Shown here: positions 39,009 to 47,734 of the stretch, piece after piece
Position numbering within the stretch: the stretch's first letter is position 1
How the letters are laid out: each line of letters starts with the position of its first letter
NCBI GenBank assembly: GCA_036676985.1
Contig: JAKFBU010000007.1
Span: 1-64,000 of the forward strand
From: Candidatus Sericytochromatia bacterium
GTDB lineage: Bacteria; Cyanobacteriota; Sericytochromatia; S15B-MN24; UBA4093
Direction of reading: 5' to 3'
Length of the DNA: 64,000 nt
Program-made: the position numbers and the translations under genes
Notes under the pieces: generated by a model
Seen by the model: the letters and a program-made list of their open reading frames with translations, nothing else
Told to the model about the DNA's origin: nothing
Databases searched by the model: none

Positions 39009-40373
39009 ATGCAGGCAAATGAACTCTGGCAACGCACGCTGACGGTCCTGCGCGATCGCCTCAGCACGACGAGCTTCGAGACGCTGGTCAAACCGGCGCG
39101 GGCGATCGATCTCCAGGATCGGACCCTGATCGTGGAGACGCCCAACGACTTCGCGCGGGACTGGATCCACCGCAACATGTCCGAGTTCAGCGGGGCGCTG
39201 GCCGAGGCCTGCGGCACCGAGTACCGGTTCGCCTTCAAGGTGGCCGAGCCCGGCACGTTGGTGCCCGTCGAGGCCCAGCCCATGGTGACGGCCGTGGTGC
39301 CCGCCGCTCCGTTGAGCCTCGCTCCGGTGGTGCGGGAGCCCCAGGCCCTGCCGAGCCCCACCTTCGGGATCCTGAACCCCAAGTACACCTTCGACTCCTT
39401 CGTCGTCGGCAACCACAGCCGTTTCGCCCATGCGGCGGCCGTCGCGGTGGCCGACAACCCGGCCAAGGCCTACAACCCGCTGTTCGTCTACGGCGGCGTC
39501 GGTCTCGGCAAGACCCACCTCATGCATGCGATCGGCCACTACATGCTGGCGCGCAACCCGCGCACCAAGGTGGCCTACCTCTCGAGCGAGAAGTTCACCA
39601 ACGAGCTGATCAACTCCATCAAGGAAGATCGCATGGCGGAGTTCCGCGCCCGCTACCGGAACATCGATCTGCTCATGATCGACGACATCCAGTTCATCCA
39701 AGGCAAGGAGCGCACGCAGGAAGAGTTCTTCCACACCTTCAACGCCCTCTACGAGGCCGGCAAGCAGATCGTGCTGTCGAGCGATCGTCCCCCCAAGGAC
39801 ATCGCAGCGCTCGAGGACCGGCTCCGCAGCCGCTTCGAGTGGGGCCTCCTGACGGACATCTCGACTCCCGACCTCGAGACCCGGATCGCCATTCTCAAGA
39901 AGAAGGCGGACTCGGACGGCCTCGCGGTGGACGACGACGTGCTCACCTACATCGCCTCCAACTACCAGAGCAACGTGCGCGAGCTCGAGGGCGCCTTCAT
40001 CCGCGTGATGGCCTACGCCTCCCTCAACAGCCTGCCCGCGAGCGTGGATCTCGCCATGCAGGTGCTGGGCAATGCCGTGCGAAAGCCCATCACCGTGGAG
40101 CGGATCCGCCAGGTGGTCGCGGGACACTTCCACCTCTCCGACGACGATCTGATCGGCAGCCGCCGCACCAAGGACATCTCCTGGGCCCGCCAGATCGCCA
40201 TGTACCTGTCGCGCGAGCTCACCGACTCCTCTCTGCCCAAGATCGGGGCCGAGTTCGGCGGCCGGGACCACACGACCGTCATCCACGCCTGCGACAAGAT
40301 CAAGACGGCCACGACGACGGATACGAGCCTGGTGGGTCAGTTACAACATTTGAGCTCCCTTATAAAAGGTTAA
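39009..40373 (+). CDS. dnaA: Chromosomal replication initiator DnaA
   Basis: YTFDSFV, YGGVGLGKTHL, DDIQF, FGGRDHTTVIHA. Confidence 0.99.
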   Translation: MQANELWQRTLTVLRDRLSTTSFETLVKPARAIDLQDRTLIVETPNDFARDWIHRNMSEFSGALAEACGTEYRFAFKVAEPGTLVPVEAQPMVTAVVPAAPLSLAPVVREPQALPSPTFGILNPKYTFDSFVVGNHSRFAHAAAVAVADNPAKAYNPLFVYGGVGLGKTHLMHAIGHYMLARNPRTKVAYLSSEKFTNELINSIKEDRMAEFRARYRNIDLLMIDDIQFIQGKERTQEEFFHTFNALYEAGKQIVLSSDRPPKDIAALEDRLRSRFEWGLLTDISTPDLETRIAILKKKADSDGLAVDDDVLTYIASNYQSNVRELEGAFIRVMAYASLNSLPASVDLAMQVLGNAVRKPITVERIRQVVAGHFHLSDDDLIGSRRTKDISWARQIAMYLSRELTDSSLPKIGAEFGGRDHTTVIHACDKIKTATTTDTSLVGQLQHLSSLIKG

Positions 40374-40385
40374 TCGCCCGGTTAC

Positions 40386-40413
40386 GGCCCCCTCCGACTG
40401 GAGGGGGCCTTTT
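40386..40413 (+). terminator. Terminator-like hairpin after dnaA
   Basis: GGCCCCCTCC-GACT-GGAGGGGGCC-TTTT. Confidence 0.7.
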
Positions 40414-40449
40414 CAATGCCGGTGCGCCCGGAGGGTCCCTCGATCTCCG

Positions 40450-41215
40450 CCGAGTTGTCCCCCGGCTGTGGACAACCTGTGGGAATTCGATCCTTTGTTC
40501 GGTTGACGTTGTCCACACCGCCCCTTGTGGATAACTCTGTGGATAAGTTGGGGATGACGCGGAGACGAGGCGCATGTCAAGTAGAAGTTGCCAATCGAAC
40601 GATTTAAAACGCCTGTTCGACAACGGGCTGAAACGCTGTCAGGAAGCCGTCTACGCCTTTTTTAAAAATCTATTAAGCGGAGGGGGGAGTTGTCCACTCC
40701 TGTTCCTAACCGTGTGGAAAACTTTTCCCCAGCATGTGGATAACTGAGCCGGCCTCATGGGGATAACCTGTGGATTGGTGATCGAGATCCTGTGGAAAAC
40801 TTGGGGATAGGGAGGGGATTACTGGTCCTGGCTCCGTTTGAGCTTGTGGATAAGCCGGCGGAGATCGGGCCTCGAGATCGGGCATGATCCGCGATCGCTC
40901 CGTCGTTTCCGCCGCGCTGTGGACAACCGCCTGTGGAGAACTTGTTGACATCTGCTCCAAAGGGAGAAATCACGCGGGTTTGGAGCCTGTGGGTAACCAT
41001 GGGGATAAGCAGAGCTTTACCTGTGGACAAGGAGTGGATGGGGAGGGGGTAACTCCGGGCCTTCTCCGAGCTGGGGATAACTGGAGGAGTTATCCCCATG
41101 AGATCACACAGGCGCAAACGCCCTCGCGATGCCGCTCTCCGGGGTTATCCCCACAATCCACTCCCCCTATTACTACTAATTAAAGAAAGAACCCCCAAGA
41201 GAGAGTTAAATAATG
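40450..41215. other. Replication origin oriC
   Basis: About 20 DnaA-box-like nonamers (perfect TGTGGATAA at 40526, 40538, 40735, 40845); DnaA-trios TATTACTACTAA at 41168-41179 after TTATCCCCA; AT-rich tract; dnaA-dnaN position. Confidence 0.95.
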
Positions 41216-41386
41216 GATCGTGAAATCCAGGTGGAGGCTCCCTCCAAGGCCCAACAAACGTGGTTTTGAGACTTACCAAGCGTTCGAAGATCCGCTAGAA
41301 TCGTTGGAAGGTCGAGTCACCGATCGGCGTCGCCGACACGTTGCGGGATCGATCCGAATCACGTTGATCTGATGACGGGAGAGCAC

Positions 41387-42487
41387 ATGGAGTTCACTTG
41401 CACCCGAGATGATTTCTCGAAGGGGATTCAGGCCGTCCAGCGCGCGGTGGCCAGCCGCGGGCCGTTGCCGATTCTCAGCAACATCCTGATCGCGACCGAA
41501 GGAAACCAGCTCAAGATCACCGCCACCGACCTGGAGGTCGGCATCGAGGCGCGTGTGCCCGCTCAAGTGAGCACCGAAGGGGCCGTGACGCTGGCTGCTC
41601 GTCAGCTGTCGGAGATCATCAACAAGCTTCCCAACAGCGACGTGGCCTTGTCCGTCAACAAGGAGGACGTGCGCGCCACGGTGCAGTGCGCCCGTTCGCG
41701 CTTCGTGCTGCCGAGCCTGCCGGCCGACGAGTTCCCGGCGCTGCCCCAGGTCACGGCCAACGCGACGGTGGTGCAGCTCGCGGGCGACCAGCTCGCCAAG
41801 GGCATCCGTCAGACCCTGTTCGCCGCGGCCAAGGACGACAAGAGCGTCATCAGCGGCCTGTACCTCCAGCTCAACAACGGCGTGCTCGAGGTGGTGGCCA
41901 CCGACGGCTACCGCCTGGCCTGGCGCAAGTGGGACGTGGCGAACGCCGGTGAGCTCAAGGTGATCGTGCCGTCGCGCGCCATGGCCGAGCTGGCTCGTCT
42001 TTTGTCGGGCAGCGAGGAGACGGTGACGGCCGCCATGGCCCAGAACCAGATCACGTTCACGGTGGGCGATCGCTACCTGACGTCGCGTCTGATCGACGGC
42101 CAGTTCCCCCCGTACACGCAGATCATCCCGACGGCCTTCAACTACGAGATCCTGATGGACCGCAGCGCCCTGCAGAGCGCGGTGGAGCGCGTGAGCATCA
42201 TGGCCTCGGAGCGCGAGGCCAAGGTCGTGAACCTGAGCTTCGCGGCGGGCGACCTGCACCTGCAGGCCAACGCGGCGGACCTCGGCGAGGGCGACGAGCA
42301 CCTGCCGGTGGACTTCGACGGAGACGAGGTCAAGATCGCGTTCAACGCGACCTACCTGCTCGACGCCCTCAAGGCCATCGACGGGGAGACCATCAAGCTG
42401 CAGCTCAACGGCCCGCTGGCGCCGGCGCTCCTGGGTAGCCCGGATGACGCGAGCTACTCCTGCTTGCTGATGCCGATCCGCAGCTAG
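41387..42487 (+). CDS. dnaN: DNA polymerase III beta clamp
   Basis: PILSNILI, ATDLE, VATDGYRLA, RLIDGQFP, LLMPIR. Confidence 0.98.
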   Translation: MEFTCTRDDFSKGIQAVQRAVASRGPLPILSNILIATEGNQLKITATDLEVGIEARVPAQVSTEGAVTLAARQLSEIINKLPNSDVALSVNKEDVRATVQCARSRFVLPSLPADEFPALPQVTANATVVQLAGDQLAKGIRQTLFAAAKDDKSVISGLYLQLNNGVLEVVATDGYRLAWRKWDVANAGELKVIVPSRAMAELARLLSGSEETVTAAMAQNQITFTVGDRYLTSRLIDGQFPPYTQIIPTAFNYEILMDRSALQSAVERVSIMASEREAKVVNLSFAAGDLHLQANAADLGEGDEHLPVDFDGDEVKIAFNATYLLDALKAIDGETIKLQLNGPLAPALLGSPDDASYSCLLMPIRS

Positions 42488-42500
42488 TAGGGTTGATTCG

Positions 42501-42533
42501 AGCCCCTGGGCCTTTGGCCTGGGGGCTTTTTTT
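42501..42533 (+). terminator. Intrinsic terminator after dnaN
   Basis: AGCCCC...GGGGCT hairpin followed by a T-run. Confidence 0.75.
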
Positions 42534-42535
42534 CT

Positions 42536-42778
42536 AAGGAGGACCCCCCCAGCCCCCCCTCTAGAGGGGGGGTGTAAGGATGATGGGTGGGGGAAAGCGA
42601 GGCTTCTCCTTAGGATCTTGGCGGAAACAACCGCTCCGATGAGCTTCCCCCCCTCTTGAGGGGGGTGTAAGGATCATGGGTGGGGGGAGAGCAGGGCTTC
42701 TCCTTAGGATCTTGGCTCTAACAACCCCTCCCAATGGCTTCCCCCCCTCTAGAGGGGGGGTTAGGGGGGGTTCTCCTT
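42536..42778. repeat. Subfamily A element, tandem dimer
   Basis: Left end, palindrome, core, palindrome, core, palindrome, right end. Confidence 0.88.
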
Positions 42779-42788
42779 TAGTGCATGC

Positions 42789-43757
42789 CTACTCGTGTGT
42801 CTCTTCTTTCCGCGCCGCGCCCTCTTCCGGCAGCCACGTCACCCGCGGCTCCCCCTTCATTCCCTGCTGCGCCCTGGCCTCGGCCGTCAGCGGCACCGCA
42901 TGCTCCTCCGGCACGATCCGCGAGCCGTACCGGTTGGCGTAGACCTGCGTCAGCTCCGCACCGAAGAACAGGATCTGCGCCGAGTAGTAGGTCCAGATCA
43001 TCACGACCACCAGCGAGCTCGCCGCCCCGTACCCGGAGGCCAGGTTGCTGTTGCCCAGGTACAGCCCAATGGCGAACTTGCCCACCGTGAAGAGCAGCGC
43101 CGTCACCACCGCCCCGATCCAGACGTCCCTCCAGGCGATCTTCGCGTCCGGCAGGTACTTGAACATGGTCGCGAAGAGCAGGGTCGTGATCCCGAAGGCG
43201 ACGATCGTGTTGATCACCTGCCAAACGGCATCGTTTCCGGGTAGCGTCGCCGTCACGTAGCCCTGCATGGCTGATATGCCGGCCGTCAGCAGCATCGAGA
43301 CGAGCATGAGGAAGAGGAACCCCAGAAAGGTGCCGAAGGTGAACATGCGTTCCCGCACCATGGCCCAGATCCCCTTCTTCGCAACGGGCTGGACCTCCCA
43401 GATGGTGTTCAGCGCGTCCTTGAGCTGACCCACGACGCCAAAGGCACCCGCCACGAGCATGACCATCGAGACGAGGGTGGCCGTCAGGCCCGTGCCGGGC
43501 CGGCTGGCATGGAGGATCATCTCCTGGATGGCATCCGTCCCCTGGGGCCCGATCATCTCCTGGATGGCCGTCATGACCTGTGCCTGGGCCGCCTCATGCC
43601 CGAAGATCAGCCCCGCCAGCGAGATGATCACCACCAGCAAGGGCCCCATGGCGAACACGGTGTAGTACGCGAGGGCCGCCCCCAGTCGGGAGGCCTTGTC
43701 CTCGCTCCAATCCGCATAGGTTGCCTTGAGCAGCTCGAAGGCCGCCTTCGCGTCCAT
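42789..43757 (-). CDS. YihY/BrkB-family inner-membrane protein
   Basis: AALAYYTVF, ALNTIW, YGAASSLVVVMIWTYYSAQILFFGAE. Confidence 0.92.
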   Translation of the reverse strand: MDAKAAFELLKATYADWSEDKASRLGAALAYYTVFAMGPLLVVIISLAGLIFGHEAAQAQVMTAIQEMIGPQGTDAIQEMILHASRPGTGLTATLVSMVMLVAGAFGVVGQLKDALNTIWEVQPVAKKGIWAMVRERMFTFGTFLGFLFLMLVSMLLTAGISAMQGYVTATLPGNDAVWQVINTIVAFGITTLLFATMFKYLPDAKIAWRDVWIGAVVTALLFTVGKFAIGLYLGNSNLASGYGAASSLVVVMIWTYYSAQILFFGAELTQVYANRYGSRIVPEEHAVPLTAEARAQQGMKGEPRVTWLPEEGAARKEETHE

Positions 43758-43932
43758 GCCGACCGTTCCTTTCCGCACGCACCCCGCCACGAGCGTAGCA
43801 ACGCGCCCGGGGACCGCGCGATGGGCCCCATGGCCAAATCGACCCGACTTCTCGGTCGTCTTGCACAATTAGCCGCCACCCGCCCGCCGCGCGAGCCCCA
43901 TGGAGCGGGCGTGGCGTGAGATAATGAGGGCT

Positions 43933-45045
43933 ATGTTCCTCCGATCCTTGTCCCTAGAGAATTTCCGCAACTACACCGAGCTGCAGCTCAGTTTCGACCG
44001 GCACAAGGTCATCTTCCTCGGCGACAATGCCCAGGGGAAGACCAACCTGCTCGAGGCCATCAACCTCATCGCGACGGGGGTGTCTCCGTTCGCCGGTAAG
44101 GAGCAGGAGCTGATCCGCTGGGGACAGGAGTCGGCGATCATCCGTTCGGTCAGCGAGCGGGAGCTGGGGCCCATCGGCATCGATTTGCTCTTCAAGTCGA
44201 ACGGCCGACGGGCGATCCGCCTCAACGGGGCGTACCAGAAGCGGGTCTCGGACCTCCTGGGCAAGGTCATGGTCGTGCTCTTCGCCGCCAACGACCTCCA
44301 ACTGGTCAAGGGCTCCCCGAGCGAACGGCGCCGCTACCTCGACGGCATCCTCGTCCAGCTCTCTCCGACCTACTACCAGGCCTTGCACCAGTACACGCGC
44401 GTCCTGATGCAGCGGAACAACGTCCTCAAGCAGATTGGGGAGGGCATGTCGGCCGATCAGCTCTCGCTCTGGGACGAGCAGCTCGCCCAGTACGGCGTCC
44501 TGATCTGGCAGAAGCGCGCGGATCTCGTCGCCAAGCTCACGCCGAAGGCGGTGGACTGGCATGGGGCGATCGCCATGGGCCACGAAGAGCTCTCGCTGCG
44601 CCTCTTGCCGTCGGTGGATCCGCAGGGTGGGGACTGGCACGAGGCCTTCCTCACGACCCTGAAGGAAAACCGCGCCAAGGAGATCGCCCGCGGGCAGACG
44701 CTCTCCGGCCCGCACCGGGACGACATGGAGCTGCTCATCGACGGCCACGACGCGCGGGCGTACGCCTCGCAAGGCCAGCAGCGCACCATCGTCCTCGCCC
44801 TCAAGCTCGCGGAGCTCGACATCTTCCGTCAGGATGCGGAGGAGCCGCCCCTCCTGCTCCTGGACGACGTGCTCGCGGAGCTCGACATCCGGCGGCAGAA
44901 CGCCCTGCTCGCGGCCATCGGGCCGGACGTGCAGACTTTCGTCACCAGCACGCACCTGAGCGACTTCACGGCGGCCTGGATCGACGAGGCCTCGATCTTC
45001 TCGGTGCACAAGGGCGCGGTCAAACCCTTCGTGAAAGCCTTCTAG
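43933..45045 (+). CDS. recF: DNA replication and repair protein RecF
   Basis: NFRNY, GDNAQGKTNLLEAI, GPHRDD, ASQGQQR, LLLLDDVLAELD. Confidence 0.98.
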   Translation: MFLRSLSLENFRNYTELQLSFDRHKVIFLGDNAQGKTNLLEAINLIATGVSPFAGKEQELIRWGQESAIIRSVSERELGPIGIDLLFKSNGRRAIRLNGAYQKRVSDLLGKVMVVLFAANDLQLVKGSPSERRRYLDGILVQLSPTYYQALHQYTRVLMQRNNVLKQIGEGMSADQLSLWDEQLAQYGVLIWQKRADLVAKLTPKAVDWHGAIAMGHEELSLRLLPSVDPQGGDWHEAFLTTLKENRAKEIARGQTLSGPHRDDMELLIDGHDARAYASQGQQRTIVLALKLAELDIFRQDAEEPPLLLLDDVLAELDIRRQNALLAAIGPDVQTFVTSTHLSDFTAAWIDEASIFSVHKGAVKPFVKAF

Positions 45046-45085
45046 GAGCCCCTGGGAGGCGACTTTCTCCTCCGAAGGGTCTGCG

Positions 45086-46636
45086 TTACCTCACGGCCTG
45101 CTTGCACTTGCTGCAGCGGGAGCTGAGGCTCGAGAAAAGGGTCGCCCCGCAGTGGGGGCAGGTCGGCTTAGCGCTGGGACTCGCCGCAGCCTCGATAGCC
45201 GCAGGACTCTCGAACGGCAGGGCGATCGCCGGAACCTCCACCTCTGCGACGGCCGGCTTTTCCTCGGGCGCAATCTCGAAAGGCAGCTTGATCGCGGGCG
45301 CTGCCGCGATCGGCTCGGGCTCGGGGGCTTCGTCCGCCGGAACGATCTCGAAGGGCAAGGGCGCCGCGGCTTCCGGCTCGGGGACGACCTCGAAGGGTAA
45401 GGGAGCTACCGCTTCCGGCTCGGGGACGATTTCGAAGGGTAGGGGAGCCGCCGCTTCCGGCTCCGGGACGATCTCGAAGGGCAGGGGAGCCGCCGCTTCC
45501 GGCTCTAGAGCGGACTCTGGCTCTTCCGGAAGGATCGCGAAGGGCAGGGAATCCGTCGCGTCCGGCTCGTCGAGCTCGACGACGTTGGCCTCGGCGGCCG
45601 GTTCGGCCGCGAGGTCGAAGACGGGAGCGGCCTCCTCGACCGTCACTTCGAGCGTGAGGGGCTCGTCCGAGCGAACGATGGGCGCCTTCGGAGCCTCGGG
45701 CGCGAGCACCATGGTCTCGCCGCCGCCGGAGGGCGTGCCGTCCTCACCCGCGGTATCCCCTTCCTGCTTGCTCGCCAGACGCTTGCTCAAGAGGCTAGAG
45801 CCGATGCCCCAGCGCTTGGGCGCCTCCTCCGGATCGGCCTTGGCCTCGGCGGCCAGCGAGGGCACCGTCTTGAGCGCCACGGCGGGTGCTTCGACCTTGG
45901 GCGCCTCCTCCGCTGCGGGCTCCGCGAGGCCATAGCGCTTCAAGAGGACGGCCACGGGCAGCTCGGGCAAGGCGTCAAGCACGCGGGACAGGCTGTCGGA
46001 GCGCACGATGCGCTTGGCCTTGCGCAGCTCATGCTCGACGACGAGCAGGGCGCGCTGGTGCTCGAAGTAGGTGAGCCGCGTGGCTGGTAAGGAGTGGAGC
46101 TGGTCCTGGAAGAGGCTCTCGAGCGAGGAGAGGTGCTGCACGAAGAGCTCGTCGAGGGTCAGGCCGGGGATCTGCTGGACCCGTAGCGACGGGGGCTTGG
46201 TCGGATCGTCCGCCTCCTCGCTGTTGCCCGTGACGAGCGCCGAGAAGTCGTCGAACAGCGTGAAGAGCTCCACGTGGGCGGGCAGCCCCTGGCGCTCGAC
46301 GATGGCGGCATGGACCGGCTTTTCCTTGTGCACCAGGCCGCGGCAGTAGGTGTCGGGCCAGCCGGCGATGGCATAGTCGGCCACGAGGCGGAAGCCGAGG
46401 CGCTCCAGGTTGCCCGTCAGCCGGATGAAGCTCGGGAGGTTGGCCGGGGTGGCGTCGAGCGTCACCCGCTCGTACTCGAGCTTGTCTGGAGCGGGCGGCT
46501 TGCGGGCCGGAACGGAGCGGCGCCGGCCCATGCCCACGGTGAGGCTGAAGGGCAGCTTGCCCCCCGAGCGTTCGAATCCCTTGTAGGCGACGTATCCGAC
46601 GATCAGTACGCCCGCCAAAGCCAGCCGCAGGTCCAT
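45086..46636 (-). CDS. Membrane-anchored hypothetical protein with acidic LPF repeats and C-terminal zinc ribbon
   Basis: N-terminal TM; seven LPF motifs; CPHC-x9-CSKC. Confidence 0.7.
   Translation of the reverse strand: MDLRLALAGVLIVGYVAYKGFERSGGKLPFSLTVGMGRRRSVPARKPPAPDKLEYERVTLDATPANLPSFIRLTGNLERLGFRLVADYAIAGWPDTYCRGLVHKEKPVHAAIVERQGLPAHVELFTLFDDFSALVTGNSEEADDPTKPPSLRVQQIPGLTLDELFVQHLSSLESLFQDQLHSLPATRLTYFEHQRALLVVEHELRKAKRIVRSDSLSRVLDALPELPVAVLLKRYGLAEPAAEEAPKVEAPAVALKTVPSLAAEAKADPEEAPKRWGIGSSLLSKRLASKQEGDTAGEDGTPSGGGETMVLAPEAPKAPIVRSDEPLTLEVTVEEAAPVFDLAAEPAAEANVVELDEPDATDSLPFAILPEEPESALEPEAAAPLPFEIVPEPEAAAPLPFEIVPEPEAVAPLPFEVVPEPEAAAPLPFEIVPADEAPEPEPIAAAPAIKLPFEIAPEEKPAVAEVEVPAIALPFESPAAIEAAASPSAKPTCPHCGATLFSSLSSRCSKCKQAVR
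45340..45505. repeat. Coding tandem repeat, about 4 x 42 bp (PLPFEIVPEPEAAA)
   Basis: Repeated GCTTCCGGCTC(G/C)GGGACGA..TCGAAGGG units. Confidence 0.85.
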
Positions 46637-46829
46637 GGGCGCGGAGTGCCTCCGTATAGGTGTCAGCTGTCCTCTTTTACCCGGATTTCGAAGGGTCAAG
46701 CTACAGGGGGCATGCCGCGGGCCCCTCCAGCACAAAGATGTTTGTCGATCGTTGTCTTCTGGGTCGGTTGCTTGGGGTCCTAAAGTTGGAAGGACCATTG
46801 ACCCGTCGGACGTAAGAGAGGAGTCCCTC

Positions 46830-47399
46830 ATGATCGCATTGCACGGAGACTGGGACGCCGGCTACGCCATCCACACCTACAACCAGCCCGACGGCGCTCG
46901 GACGCTCTTGGGCGAGGCGATCTACCGGTACCAGTACCGCAAGCAATGGTACCTGGTCGACAGCCTGGCCCGCTGGGCGCAGGCGTTCATCCTCGCTACG
47001 CCGTCGATCAAGGACATCGACCTCCTCGTCCCGGTGCCGTCCAGCCGCGTGCTGTCGGACTACGACCCCTCGTCGCTGCTCGTGGACTGGGTCAGCCAGC
47101 TGACCAACATCCCGCGCGCCATCGGGATCCTCAACCGCTACGGGCTCATCTCCGAGTACTCGGAGCGCAGCGTCGACGGGTCCAGGGGCGGCATGAGCGT
47201 GGTCAGCCCCGAGGCGGTCAAGGGCAAGCGCATCCTCCTCATCGACGGGATCTACTGCTCGGGAAGCACGCTGGAGGCCGCCTCGAAGGCCCTGCGCAAG
47301 TGCGGGGTGGCCTCGGTGACGGCCCTCGTCTTCACCAAGATCGATCGCCATTCGCTCGACTCCTATGGGTTCGCGCAATACGACCAGGGGGGAGACTAG
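46830..47399 (+). CDS. ComF-like type I phosphoribosyltransferase-fold protein with degenerate motif
   Basis: LLVPVPSS; GKRILLIDGIYCSGSTL where LLVDD..TSG.T is canonical; GAGGAG RBS. Confidence 0.75.
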   Translation: MIALHGDWDAGYAIHTYNQPDGARTLLGEAIYRYQYRKQWYLVDSLARWAQAFILATPSIKDIDLLVPVPSSRVLSDYDPSSLLVDWVSQLTNIPRAIGILNRYGLISEYSERSVDGSRGGMSVVSPEAVKGKRILLIDGIYCSGSTLEAASKALRKCGVASVTALVFTKIDRHSLDSYGFAQYDQGGD

Positions 47400-47600
47400 C
47401 GATCCACCGTACGCCCGGAGCTTCACGAACCCCTTTCCGGAACGTTGCATGGGGATGACGTCTGGCCGCTCGAACGAGGGGATCGGGTGCAGCCATGGGG
47501 ATCGGGCGAGGGCTTGTCATATAGACGTGACGCCGATCCGCGCCGTTTCACGATCCAATTTTTTCCTTTACTCCGGCGCTCGGATCGGTTAGCATGAAAC

Positions 47601-47690
47601 TCCCCTGAACGGCAAGAAGGGTTACCCTTCTGCTTGAGACACGACCGCCCCGGGCCATCGGCCTGGGGCGGTCGTCATTTGCTGTTTTGA
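47601..47690 (+). ncRNA. Candidate small RNA
   Basis: TTTACT-N17-TAGCAT promoter (47567-47595), internal hairpin, strong terminal hairpin; no ORF. Confidence 0.3.
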
Positions 47691-47734
47691 GCCTGGGGAC
47701 GGGTAGCGCGGCCCTTGGTGCCCTAGTTCGGGGG

